Shown: positions 46,256 through 58,345 of the stretch, piece by piece | How positions within the stretch are numbered: the first letter of the stretch is position 1 | How the letters are laid out: the number at the start of each line of letters is the position of its first letter | Assembly (NCBI GenBank): GCA_038087875.1 | Contig: CM075997.1 | Coordinates: 2,048,001-2,112,000 of the forward strand | Direction of reading: 5' to 3' | Source: Malacoraja senta | Lineage: Eukaryota | Length of the DNA stretch: 64,000 nt | Position numbers and translations under genes: made by a program | The notes under the pieces: generated by a model | Database searches by the model: none | What the model was told of the DNA's origin: nothing | Seen by the model: the letters and a program-made list of their open reading frames with translations, nothing else

Positions 46256-48499
46256 ATCTCACTGTAATCTCGCAACTAGACATGTTATTCAGTCCAAACC
46301 TGATGGAGGACTTGGTCCACAAAACTTTCAATGTTATGGCACTTTAAGAATAGAAGTGACAATTCCAGTGGAATCTCCCTGCTGAGAATTACAGTGAATG
46401 TAACCAGAGCCTCCAGATAATTGTAGGACAGTAAGGTCAAAATTGATTCTAAGGAAAGATTAAGCAGATTAGTAGCATGAAAGGTGATCTTATTGAAATG
46501 TGTAACTTCTGTGCGGGATGGTTAGGGAAGATATTCGGACAGGAACATGCATATGAGAAGTTTAGAGGGAGAGGGGGTAAATGAGGGCAGGTGGGGCTTC
46601 TTGGTAGGCATGGACAAGTTGGGCCAAAGGGCCTGTTTCTATGCTGTCTGACTGACCAAGATGCTACTTCCCCTCATTCGGGTAATCTAGAACTAAGGGA
46701 AATAGCCTTGACTCAATTTTGAAAAGAGTAAGATATTATGAATCAAAGGATTATGAATCATTGGAATTGTCTATTCAAGACTGAGATAGATGTTTAGACT
46801 TTAGGCGGGAAATCAGGGGGATTGGAGAACAGTGAGAAGGGAACCGAGACCCAGCATCAGTTTAGTCATGAAAACCAAACAAGAAACATCTGCAGACGTT
46901 GGGAATTTGTTCCACCCACCGCTCTCACCCACTTCTCTACGAGCTGGACTAACTTGCTTTCTCTTTCTTAGTTCTGATGAAGGGTCTCAAACCTGAAACA
47001 TTTAGTACTTCTCTTTCCACAGATGCTGCCCGGCTGCTGAGTTTAAGCATTTTCTGTTTTCATATCAGATTAACCATCAACTTTTGAATGGCAGATCAGG
47101 TTTGAGAGGTTGTCCCACCGACTCCTGTTCCAGTTTCTGATGTTACCGTGCGAGTCAATGTGATATTGCCGGCAGAGCAGCTCCAACAGAAATGCAGAGA
47201 ACAGAAAAAAAGAAATGCATGCCGATATTGACCCAAAAACAGCATCTAACTTTAGCTCTTGTCAAGCTGGCTGCTGGTCCTGCCGCACTAGTCAAAGGAT
47301 GAGTTGAATAAATATCAGCTCCTCTTATCCGTTTACAAAGCCCTTAACGGGCTGGCTGCCTGCCCCCATCCCCCCCCATATCAAAAATCCCACCATCGAC
47401 TCCTTTAAGTCACGACTCAAAACCTATTTCTATTCCCGTGTTTTTGAGCCCCACTGATGGGGCGCTGTAATTGTAAACAGTTTATGTATGTATTGTTAGG
47501 TCTGTCTACCGTTGTATGTATCAAATTAGTACCTGCACTGATGTGAAGCACTTTGGTCAACGTGAGTTGTTTTTAAACGTGCTATTCAAATACATTTATT
47601 ATTATAATTATAATGAAGGATTGGATAATACCAATTAGCAAATAGGATAATCAAAGCCGTGTGTGGAGGAGTGGGATAAGACAATATACCACATTGAATA
47701 GACGGAGAATGATGTGACTTGCCAGGTTAATGCTAAGGCTCCTGTGACTAATAATATTATTGACCAAGTCCCAAAGAATTCAAGCCAAGAGTATCCGAAC
47801 CCATTAGGGGGTTAATCTCTCACTGAATCCTGTGCAGGGTCAGGATCTGTTCCTTGTTCTGTTTACCTGTTACCCCAGGCTATACAGTGCAGAAACAGGC
47901 TCTTTGCCCCACTGCATCTATACCTAGCGTTATGCTTATCTATACTAATCCCAATTGCCTGCATTGATCCCATATCTCCCTACGCCCTGCTCATTCAAAT
48001 ACCTGTATAAATGCCTGTTAAATGTTGTTGCTGCTTCTGTCTTCACCACCTCAGCTAGCTCATTCAAAATAACTACTATGTGTGAAAAGTCAACCCCCCC
48101 CCCACCCCCACCCCCCCTCCCCCGATGATCTTTAAGCCTTCCCCCTCACCCCTTCAATATACGCTCTCTAGTATTAGACACCCCTATTATATCAAATAGA
48201 CACTGGCTATCCATTCTAGCTATGCCTCTTACAATTTTATATACCTCTATTATGTATCTTGGCCTCCTTCCCTCCAGGGAAAACTGATCCAGGCAATGTC
48301 TTCTGATAACTCAAGCCCTCCTGCCCATGCAACACTTGTAAATCCTTTGGGAACCCTCTCAAGTTTATTTTTTCCATAGTGTGGTAACCAGCATTGTTCC
48401 CAACCCGCCCCCCCCCCCCACTCTACTCACAAGACATTGTCACTGTACCCTAGTCAGTTTCATCTGCTACATGTAAAAGGAAAAACAAATGAGTCCACC

Positions 48500-48985
48500 A
48501 TATTGTTAGACTACTATTGTCAATTGTACTAAGGTACAGTGAAAAGTTAACTGTACATTAATTCAATCAAGGCAAACTTGTACAAAAGGTACAGCAAAGA
48601 ATACAGAATATAGTTATCAGCATTGTAGCATATCGGCTCCAGAGACAAAGTTCAATGTCCACGATGAGGTAAATTGGAGAATTGGGACAGCACCCTAGCT
48701 TATTTAAGGACCATTCAGAAGCCTGATAACAGAGGGGAAGAAGGCAGTTCCTGAGACTGGCGGTGTGTAGATTCATTCTCTGTATCAGGAGCAAGAGGAA
48801 GAAGGAATGGCTGGGGGTGGGAAAGGTCTTTATTGTGCTGGTTGCTGTCCTGACGCAGTGTGAAATGTAGATGGAGACAGTGGTGGGGTGTGGTCTGTGC
48901 GATGGATTGGGCTACATCCACAACTCTGTCATTTCTTTATTTCTTTGGCAGGACTGTTCCCAAGCCAAGCCAAGCTGTGCTGCAA
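48500..48985 (-). mobile_element. degenerate Rex1-like LINE 3' fragment
   Basis: Nucleotide similarity to 8490-8905 (gaagaag..gttcctga..ctgg). Confidence 0.5.
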
Positions 48986-49149
48986 CCTGCTTTTAATGGT
49001 GCACACTTGGGTTTTGAAGACCAAGTTTTGTGTTAGTTGTTCACTGCACAGTGTTCGACCTCGCTGTACCTTTTGGCCTGTTTAAACTCTAAACGTTTCC
49101 CAGTAGCTTCAGTCACAAAGTGGATGGATTCCACAAACCCACACAATCT

Positions 49150-49790
49150 ACAGCAGGCAGTGAAGAAAGCGAATGGCATGTTGGCCTTTATAACAAGAGG
49201 AATCGAATATAGGAGCAAAGACGTAATTCTGCAGTTGTACAGAGCCCTAGTGAGACCACACCTGGAGTATTGTGTGCAGTTTTGGTCCCCTAATTTGAGG
49301 AAGGATATTCTTGCTATTGAGGGAGTGCAGTGTAGGTTTATATGCTGAGAGAATGGAGCAGCTGGGCTTGTACACTCTGGAGTTTAGAAGGATGAGAGGG
49401 CATCTCATTGAAACATATAAGATTGTTAAGGGTTTGGCACACTAGAGGCAGGAAACATGTTCCTGATGTTGGGGGAGTCCAGAACCAGGGGCCACAGTTT
49501 AAGAATAAGGAGTAAGCCATTTAGAACGGAGACGAGGAAACACTTTTTCTCACAGAGAGTGGTGAGTCTGTGGAATTCTCTGCCTCAGAGGGCGGTGGAG
49601 GCAGGTTCTCTGGATGCTTTCAAGAGAGAGGTAGATAGGGCTCTTAAAAATAGCGGAGTCAGGGGATATGGGGAGAAGGCAGGAACGGGGTACTGATTGG
49701 GGATGATCAGCCATGATCACATTGAATGGCTGTGCTGGCTCGAAGGGCCGAATGGCCTGCTCCTGCACCTATTGTTTATTGTCTATTGTC
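49150..49790 (+). mobile_element. CR1-type LINE 3' fragment
   Basis: Same RT C-terminal motifs, with an internal deletion and frameshifts. Confidence 0.9.
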
Positions 49791-52143
49791 AATTGGCAGC
49801 ATTGGTCAGCTAATCCAGGAAGTGAAAGTTAATCTCCGGAGCTCTGCTGCATGCAACTTGCAAGAACAATGGGAACAGTAAATAACATGGAAATTATTAT
49901 TAACCATTCTCCATAAACACAAGTACCTTAGACAAATAAAAGGGATGTTCTGAGTGCCATTTCAAGAATTGAGTTGTCAATAAAGAGCTTTGTGGCCCAT
50001 GGGGAGACGGGATATTGTGAAGTACCGTGCCAAAGGTCTATTGTGGGGTTTTTCCTGAGAACCTCAAAGTCATTCCTCAGTCAATTCAATTCATTCTACA
50101 TGATTTTAAAAGCTTGGTATAAATGAGGTAATGGGAGCAGACAACATCCCAGTGATAGCACTGAAGACCTGCACTCCAGAACTGCACCTTGCATCACCGT
50201 TTCATCGCACCATCTAATTGACTAGAAGGAAAATTGCCCAGTACATTGCTGTTCACAAAACAACAGGACAAAACCAATTCAGCTTGTTGCTGCCCAATCA
50301 GTCTACTCTCAATCATCAGCAAAGTTATGGAACATGTCATTAACTTGCTTATTGATATCCAGTTTGGCTTTCACTGGGACCCAATCTTGCTAAACCCTTG
50401 GTTCAAACATGGAGCAAAAATCTGAATTTTAGAGATGAGTTGAAAGTGACTGCTCTTGACAGCGAGGCAGGTTTACACAGGAATCTCGTAAAGCTGTAGT
50501 TGAGGGGCATCAAAGCCTACTGAGTGCACCAATTACAAAGAACACCGGGTTTCCTTATCAAAGTTAGGAGAGGGGCGGTGGTTCACTGGACGATCTGGAT
50601 GGAGGCGACAGCTGCAATGGGTCTTTATAACCAGTTGCAGGTTGGACTTATAGGACAATGGCGCCAAAACCTGGCGACTCTTGTCTATGGTTTCAGTGGG
50701 GAATGCCTATGCACTATGTACTTAAACAATATATAATATACCCAATATATAACAATATATGGTAATTTACTGAACAATGCAAAAAATGATACATATGATA
50801 ATAAAGAACCATTGAATTCAACAACATCTTCCAAACCCCCTATCACTTAGAACGACAAGAACACCAGGTGCATGGAAATGCCACATACAGTGTTTCCCTT
50901 CCAAGTCGCATGTCATCTTGATTTGGAAATATATCACTATTCCATCACCCTTGCTGGGTCTATATCCTGGAACTCCCTGCCACAAAAGCACTGATTCACC
51001 AGGGGGGCAGCAGTGATTCACAGTGGCACCTCACTATCACCTTCCCAAGCGAAGCCAATGCTGGCGACACTCAGACTGCACAAAATTGTTTTCCCAATGT
51101 CGTAGAGGCCGGGGAGGTTAGAGGCAGGAAGTCAGGTGATAACACTTCCAGGAATACATTCAGAGTTGGCAATGGTACTGCCTTACCAAAATAAATAACC
51201 AGCACAGAACAGAAGTTTAAAACTAAATATCACATACTGCTACAGTCCAGAAACGGAATCATTCGCACTTTGTGGCCCAGTGCTGTTTACAATCTCAAAC
51301 CATATCTGTAGGTTCAGTAGGCTGTGTTTATATTTTGCCTATCCAAATCCAATCAGCCCTGCACCAAACATCCAGCCTGCAATAACCTTCCTGTGGTTTT
51401 GATGATTCAGAATTAGAATGCAACTCATCTCCTAATGTGGGAGAGAATGCAGAGTTTCACCAGTTTTGCTACTGATCTGGATGAATTATGTTTGGAAATT
51501 GAGTTGGAATTTAATTGAAACATATTCTGACGCAAGAACATTTTTTGGACATGATTCTGTGTCAATTCCTCATGTGTGGTTTGAATACATTTACTGGTGT
51601 GTCTGGACTTGCAAGAAAATCTCTCTTCCTGGGCAGGGCAGGCAAGACATTACTGTGAAGGGCAGAGTTTAACATGTATGTGAGCACTGGGCGAAGTAAT
51701 AATATTCTCTCCACAGATTTATTTGACAATTCTCCTCCCAGGAGTGTGCAAACGTCTTTGGCACGGAAACTGAGATTAAAGATCAAATCTGTTGTTATCT
51801 TCTTCCCTTCTCTTAGCTCACCCACGACAAAACTATTGATCATTTAAAAAGTTGTAGAGCTTCTTCCCTCCTGGGGAAGAATCTAGATTAGAATGCACTA
51901 TTTGAAAAAAAAGACTAGTGTATGTTGACCATTAAAAGCAGGGTAACTTTTTTTTGTCTCTGTGGATTGAGAGTCTTTGGAACACTTTTCCATAGTAGGG
52001 AAAGCAGAATCATAGAATAATTCTATAGCAGAGGTACATAGATATTTAATAAACTTTACTCCCTTGTTTATCACAGGCAGGCAGGAATATGGAGTTGAGA
52101 TAATGTTCAGATCGCCCATCATTTTATTAAATGCCTAAACAGA

Positions 52144-52435
52144 CATAGAAACATAGAAACATAGAAAATAGGTGCAGGAGGAGGCCATTCGGCCCTTCGA
52201 GCCAGCACCGCCATTCATTGTGATCATGGCTGATCGTCCCCTATCAATAACCCGTGCCTGCCTTGACCCCACTAGCCCCTAGAGCTCTATCTACTTCTCT
52301 CTTAAATCCATCCAGTGACTTGGCATCCACTGCCCTCTGTCGCAGGGAATTCCATAAATTCACAACTCTCTGGGTGAAAAAGTTTTTTCTCACCTCAGTC
52401 TTAAATGACCTCCCCTTTATTCTAAGACTGTGACC
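52144..52435 (-). mobile_element. CR1-type LINE 3' end
   Basis: (catagaaa)n tail plus CR1 3' sequence. Confidence 0.8.
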
Positions 52436-52799
52436 CCAAGAAGCTGAGAAGCATCCTACTGCTCAAACCTCCTCCAGTCCAAGATCTAATCATGCATCTT
52501 TCTTCAGTTTCTCACCTGCTCCAACCTCTCCACAATCTTGCCATTCGCTGCCTTAACATTGCACTCACTGGCTATCCAGTTCTTTAATAGACTGACATTG
52601 TTAAATATTCTTACTCAACCAGTACTGTAATGTAAATGTAATGTAAATGCCAGAGTCCCTTGAGGCCAAGAGCAGAAGCTGGCAAATGTGCCTGTGCCTC
52701 GTGACTGAGGTCAAGTGACGTTCTAGAAGTTTCAGTTGTTCAAAATAAACTCTTCTTACACAATGTCGTGGGTGTCGGACGTGCATTCATTGTGCTAGT

Positions 52800-53345
52800 C
52801 ACATCAGGCTCTTACACCAGACTTTACATGGTGTCAGAAGTGAGATTGCTCCGCTTCTTCACAGTTTTCAGAGCGCTTACCTTTTCACTCGCTGTTATTT
52901 TAAGCTTTTTCTTGTTAACGTCAGTACTGATTTTGTCACTGGGGCTCTCTGTATCCAGGTCTTGCATCATTTTTGATTTTGTCCCTGTGTTTAAACTTTG
53001 TTTTTTCTTTTTATCTATCAGCATGCTGCCTTTCAGAGCTTCGCCAGAACCACTTTTTCTTCCTTGCTTCGTTTTTTCCCCCCGACTCTCTTCGTTTGCT
53101 CTTCCCAGGTTCATCATCATCCAAGTCGGGATCATCAGAGTCCAAGTCATAAAAGCGCTTCAGGTCTTCCGTTGTGCTGTGGTTGATTGGTCCGCCCCTC
53201 TTATCCACAGTGTAATTCAGTTTAAATTTATTCTCATGAAACATGCCTTGAAACCTTTTATCAATTTTGATCTTGTGTTCTTTCTCGGTCATCTCCCAGA
53301 ACCTGGGGTCCTTCATCACCTGCCTGAAGCGGTCGTCCACTCAGA
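52800..53345 (-). pseudogene. ESF1: ESF1 N-terminal fragment, pseudogene
   Basis: DDRFRQVMKDPRFWEMTEKEHKIKIDKRFQGMFHENKFKLNYTVDKRGGPINHSTTEDLKRFYDL is the conserved ESF1 N-terminus. Stops lie just upstream, there is an apparent frameshift near 53080, and no further ESF1 exons are seen. Confidence 0.8.
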
Positions 53346-53869
53346 TGGATGCAGTATTCTACTGCATGATCAGGTGCATGAAATGGAAATGGTGTTTGCA
53401 ATACCATGTGGTATTCATAAACATAGAAAGGAATAAGAAATACGTGCACTTACTGTGCCAACCAGGTCACGCGACAACCGTTACACAAAATGTATTTGTG
53501 TATTCTGATGCCATTTTCGGAAACTTGCCATCAATGTTTTGTCTTTTCTTATATTTGTTGTTGATACTATTTTAGTCAATAAAGTGCTTGTCAACTTTAT
53601 TTAAGGAATTTGAAATTTGACCCCATGTCATATTTTTCTGTGCAGTTTTGTAAAAGAAATATATATATGAATTAATATATTTATATAGTTGCATATATTT
53701 ATATGTATATATTTATAAATATAATTGCCTTTCTGGTTTATGTACATCATCTGACAAATAAGATAAAGAGAGAAATAGTATTTCTTTAAATCAAAGTTGC
53801 TTCTGATCCATGAGAAGGAACTTTGAGATCTATTTATCTCTAACTTGCCTCACACACAAACACACATTC

Positions 53870-54088
53870 ATAAATATATATATATTATATCTTTATATTT
53901 ATATATTATATTTTTTAATATATAAATATAAAGATATAATATATATATATATTTATGAATGTGTATATTTAAAATATATATCTATGTATATATCTAATAT
54001 ATATATAATATTATACATATATATATTATACATATTATATATATATTATATATATATATATACACATATATTATATATTTAAATATAT

Positions 54089-54135
<47 letters not shown>

Positions 54136-54155
54136 AATATATATATATATATATA
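53870..54155. repeat. (AT)n-rich microsatellite
   Basis: Degenerate and pure TA runs. Confidence 0.95.
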
Positions 54156-54504
54156 AGTTAAATGTAATTTTGTGCAGTGTGTGTTAAATCAAAACAAGGG
54201 AATGCATAATACAATACAAGGGAAACTGCACAAAGGAGGGGGTTGTGGAGGAAGGATGGGAGGGAAATGGGCAGAAACAGATAGATTACACAGGGGGAAA
54301 ACATTTTAAAATAAAATTAACTAAAATATGTGAAGTGATATGTGAGCTTTATGTGAAATGTTGGCCAACAACAGTGATTACACTGCAAGAGGCATAACGG
54401 AAGTGGCGTTTTGCATTCCAAGATGGCGGCCGTGACGCTCCGTTACGTACTACCCCTCAGTGCGTTGGGTTGCGCAGGAGTGGAGTATTGACCATCTTTG
54501 GGCG

Positions 54505-56430
54505 GTACACAAAAATGCTGGAGAAACTCAGCGGGTGCAGCAGCATCTATGGAGCGAAGGAAATACGCAACGTTTCGGGCCGAAACCCTTCTTCAGACTG
54601 ATAGGGGGTGGGGAGAAGAAAGGAAAAAAGAAAAAAAGGCGGAGGAGCCCGAGGGCTGGGGGAGGGGAGGAGACAACCAGAGGGCTGATGAAGGGGAGGG
54701 GACAGCAAGGGCTAGCAGAATTGGGAGAATTCAATGTTCAAGCCCCCAGGATGTAGACTGCCCAAGCGGAATATGGTGCATTTCCTCCAATTTCCGGTGT
54801 TGCTCGCTGTGGCCATGGAGGAGACCCAGGACAGAGAGGTCAGATACGGAATGGGAGGGGGAGTTGAAGTGCTGAGCCACCGGGAGGTCAGGTTGGTTAT
54901 TGCGGACAGACCGGAGGTGTTCGGCGAAACGATCGCCAAGCCTCCGCTTGGTCTCACCGATGTAGGTCAGCTGGCATCTAGAGCAGCGGATGCAATAGAT
55001 GAGGTTGGAGGAGATGCAGGTGAACCTCTGTCGCACCTGGAACGACTGCTTAGGTCCTTGAATGGAGTCGAGGGGGGAGGTGAAGGGACAAGTTTTGCAT
55101 CTCTTGCGGTTGCAAGGGAAAGTACCCGGGGAGGGGGTGGTACGGGAGGGAAGGGAAGAATTGACAAGGGAGTTACGGAGGGAGCGGTCTTTGTGGAACG
55201 CAGACATGGGGGGAGATGGGAAGATGTGGCGAGTGGTGGGGTCACGTTGGAGGTGGCGAAACTGATGGAGGATCACTTGTTGTATGTGACGGCTGGTGGG
55301 GTGAAAGGTGAGGACTAGGGGGACTCTGCCCTTGTTGTGAGTGGGGGGATGGGGAGAGAGAGCAGTGTTGCGGGGTATGGCAGAGACCCTGGTGCGAGCC
55401 TCATCTATGGTGGAGGAGGGGAACCCCCGTTCCCTGAAGAATGAGGAAATTTTGGATGCCCTGGTGTGGAATGCCTCATCTTGGGAGCAGATGCGGCGTA
55501 GACGGAGGAATTGGGAGTGGGGGATGGAGTCCTTACAGGAAGCAGGGTGGGAAGAAGTGTAGTCCAGATAGCCATGGGAGTCGGTAGGTTTGTAGTGGAT
55601 GTCGGTAAGAAGTCTATCACCTGCGATGGAGATAGTGAGGTCAAGGAATGGTAGGGAAGTGTCGGAAATGGTCCAGGTATATTTGAGTGCCGGATGGAAG
55701 TTGGTGGTGAAGCGGATGAAGTCAGTCAGTTGTGTGTGGGTGCAGGAGGTGGCACCAAAACAGTCATCGATGTAGAGGTCGGGGATGGGGCCCTGGTACG
55801 TATTGAACAAGGATTGTTCTACGTACCCGACAAAGAGGCAGGCGTAGCTGGGGCCCATGCGTGTGCCCATAGCTACGCCTTGTATTTGGAGGAAATGGGA
55901 GGAGTCAAATGAAAAGTTATTAAGTGTAAGGACCAGCTCCGCTTGGCGGAGGAGGGTGTCAGTGGCCGGGTATAGGTTGCTTCTTCGGTCGAGGAAAAAA
56001 CGGAGGGCTTCGAGACCATCCTGGTGGGGGATGGAGGTGTACAGTGACTGGACGTCCATGGTGAAGATGAGGGGGTGAGGGCCTAGAGAGTGGAATGCGC
56101 GGAGACGACGGAGAGTGTCTGAGGTGTCTTGAACATAGGTGGGGAGGGATTTAACCAAGGGGGATAGGATGGAGTCGAGGTAGGTGGAGATGAGTTCGGT
56201 GGGGCACGAACAGTGGGTCGGTAACCGGGACAGTCGGGTTTGTGGATTTTGGGGAGAAGGTAAAATCGGGCTGGGGAACGATGAGGTTGGAGGCTCGGTC
56301 GGGCAGGGCAGGGCAGGGCGTGGGAGTGGATGAAGTCGGTGATGGTGGCCTGGATGCTCGTCAGTGGGGTCATGGTCCAGGGGTAAGTAGCAGGAGGTGT
56401 CGGAGAGAGTTGGCGCGCGTGGCCTCTTTG
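54505..56430 (-). mobile_element. Penelope-like retroelement (RT plus GIY-YIG endonuclease), 5'-truncated and degenerate
   Basis: ORF 54731-56158 has TMDVQSLYT, GVAMG, YIDD, FLD and NLIYCIRC..YIGET..RFAEH. An upstream frameshifted FYLLPKIHK motif is present, and the 3' tail carries a hammerhead-like motif. Confidence 0.93.
54569..54596 (-). ncRNA. minimal hammerhead-ribozyme-like motif in the PLE terminal repeat
   Basis: Minus strand reads CTGAAGA-AGGGTTTCGGCCC-GAAAC-GTT: CUGANGA and GAAA boxes flank a stem-loop. Confidence 0.5.
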
Positions 56431-56957
56431 GGCGGTGACTCGCGTTGATTCCGCGAAGCTTATTGGTTAATGTAGTTGCTAGGGTGGGCTCGGTCCAATC
56501 ACAGGGCGAAAGGGCGGGAACATGAGCGGAGGGTCGCGCGTGGATTGGACAGGCCGCGCGTCCATCACCCGCGCTTGTCCAATCGGCGGCTGCCGCTTGA
56601 GTTTAAACGGGAGGGAGGGGGGGGGGGGGGGGGTTCGCGCGCCGTGCCGCGCCGGCAGTTGGAGACTGGAGTTTAAATCTCGGCTCGTGAACGAGCGAAC
56701 GAACGAGCGCGCGCCGCCGCCGATAAACAGCGGAGAGAAAAGTTTTAATACAAGTTTTCCTGCGCGGCCGCTGGGAGCGCAGGGCCAAAGATAGTCGTGT
56801 CTTTGCGCAGGGGCTGCTCCGGGTAGAGTTTCTCAGCTTGTTCTTGCGGCAGTTGGGAAGTTTTTTTGTTCCCCTCCCTCCCTCCCTCACTCCCGGTCGA
56901 GGAGACGAGACGAGACGAGAGGAGAGGAGAGGAGAAGCGCCCGGGCTGGCTGGCGGG
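56430..56957 (+). promoter_or_regulatory. CpG-island promoter and 5' UTR with four CCAAT boxes, a GC box and two TTTAAA (CHR-like) sites
   Basis: ATTGG 56462, CCAAT 56495, ATTGG 56544, CCAAT 56579; GGGCGGG near 56512; GAGTTTAAA with TTTAAA at 56602 and 56672; CpG-rich. Confidence 0.7.
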
Positions 56958-57089
56958 ATGGCGGCGGCGGCGGCGGCTGCTGCCACGGACAGCAACAGCA
57001 TTACCAGCCGCATCAGGAACCTGCTGCGCTCTCCGTCCGCCCTCGGCCTCAGGAGGTCGCGGCCGGTCGCCAGGGACGTCTCCGAGCGG
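56958..57089 (+). CDS. MAPKBP1: first coding exon of a MAPKBP1/WDR62-family WD40 protein
   Basis: MAAAAAAAATDSNSITSRIRNLLRSPSALGLRRSRPVARDVSER|gtgaga matches the MAPKBP1 N-terminus (STITSRIKNLLRSPSIKLRRS, recalled). Good Kozak context (gggATGG). Exon 2 not found in the window. It could be the WDR62 paralog. Confidence 0.8.
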
Positions 57090-57104
57090 GTGAGAGGACT
57101 CGGG

Positions 57105-58345
57105 AGATGGAGGGGGGGGGGGGGGTGGAGAAAGTGGGATTGAGGGTGGGGGTAAATCGAGTGGGATGGGGGGGATGGAGGGGATAGTGGGGATGGGGAG
57201 TGGTGGTGGTGGTGGCGGTGAGGGGGGGTGGAGAAAGTGGGATTGAGGGTGGGGGTAAATAGGAGAGTGGGGTGGGGGGATGGAGGGGATAGTGGGGATG
57301 GGGAGTGGTGGTGGTCAAAGATTATATAGCAGAGCTCCTCTAGTATCTTTGGTGGTGGGGGGTGGAGAAAGTGGGATTGAGGGTGGGGGTAAATAGGAGA
57401 GTGGGATGGGGGGATGGAGGGGATAGTGGGGATGGGGAGTGGTGGTGGTCAAAGATTATATAGCAGAGCTCCTCTAGTATCTTTGGTGGTGGGGGGTGGA
57501 GAAAGTGGGATTGAGGGTGGGGGTAAATAGAGTGGGATGGGGGGATGGAGGGGGTAGTGGGGATGGGGAGTGGTGGTGGTCAAAGATTATATAGCAGAGC
57601 TCCTCTACTATCTGGTGGTGGTGGCGGTGAGGGGGGGGGTGGAGAAAGTGGGATTGAGGGTGGGGGTAAATAGGAGAGTGGGATGGAGGGGGTAGTGGGG
57701 ATGGGGAGTGGTGGTGGTCAAAGATTATATAGCAGAGCTCCTCTACTATCTGGTGGTGGTGGCGGTGAGGGGGGGGTGGAGAAAGTGGGATTGAGGGTGG
57801 GGGTAAATAGGAGAGTGGGGATGGGGGGATGGAGGGGATAGTGGGGATGGGGAGTGGTGGTGGTCAAAGATTATATAGCAGAGCTCCTCTAGTATCTTTG
57901 GTAGTGGTGGCGGTGAGGGGGGGTGGAGAAAGTGGGATTGAGGGTGGGGGTAAATAGAGTGGGATGGGGGGGGAGGGAGGGGGTAGTGGGGATGGGGAGT
58001 GGTGGTGGTCAAAGATTATATAGCAGAGCTCCTCTAGTATCTGGTGGTGGTGGCGGTGATGGGGGGGGTGGAGAAAGTGGGATTGAGGGTGGGGGTAAAT
58101 AGGAGAGTGGGATGGGGGAGGGAGGGGGTAGTGGGGATGGGGAATGGTGGTGGTCAAAGATTATATAGCAGAGCTCCTCTAGTATCTGGTGGTGGTGGCG
58201 GTGATGGGGGGGTGGAGGAGAAAGTGGGATTGAGGGTGGGGGTAAATAGAGTGGGATGGGGGGTGGGAGAGGGTAGTGGGGATGGGGAATGGTGGTTGTG
58301 AGGGGGGGTGGAGAAAGTGGGATTGAGGGTGGGGGTAAATAGGAG
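57105..58345. repeat. G-rich minisatellite with a 131-146 bp unit, in intron 1 of the MAPKBP1-like gene
   Basis: Core CAAAGATTATATAGCAGAGCTCCTCTA at 57316, 57450, 57581, 57719, 57865, 58010 and 58155. Confidence 0.95.

Noticed and set aside
51562..51843. 93-aa ORF as a possible further ESF1 or other exon
   Set aside because: No recognisable homology and no consistent splice sites or frame.
52768..53436. 222-aa hydrophobic ORF on the + strand
   Set aside because: It is the antisense shadow of the Lys-rich ESF1 fragment.
57316..58185. Constant core of about 27 bp at regular spacing, superficially CRISPR-like
   Set aside because: The 'spacers' are near-identical G-rich repeats, the context is eukaryotic and there are no cas genes. 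It is a minisatellite.
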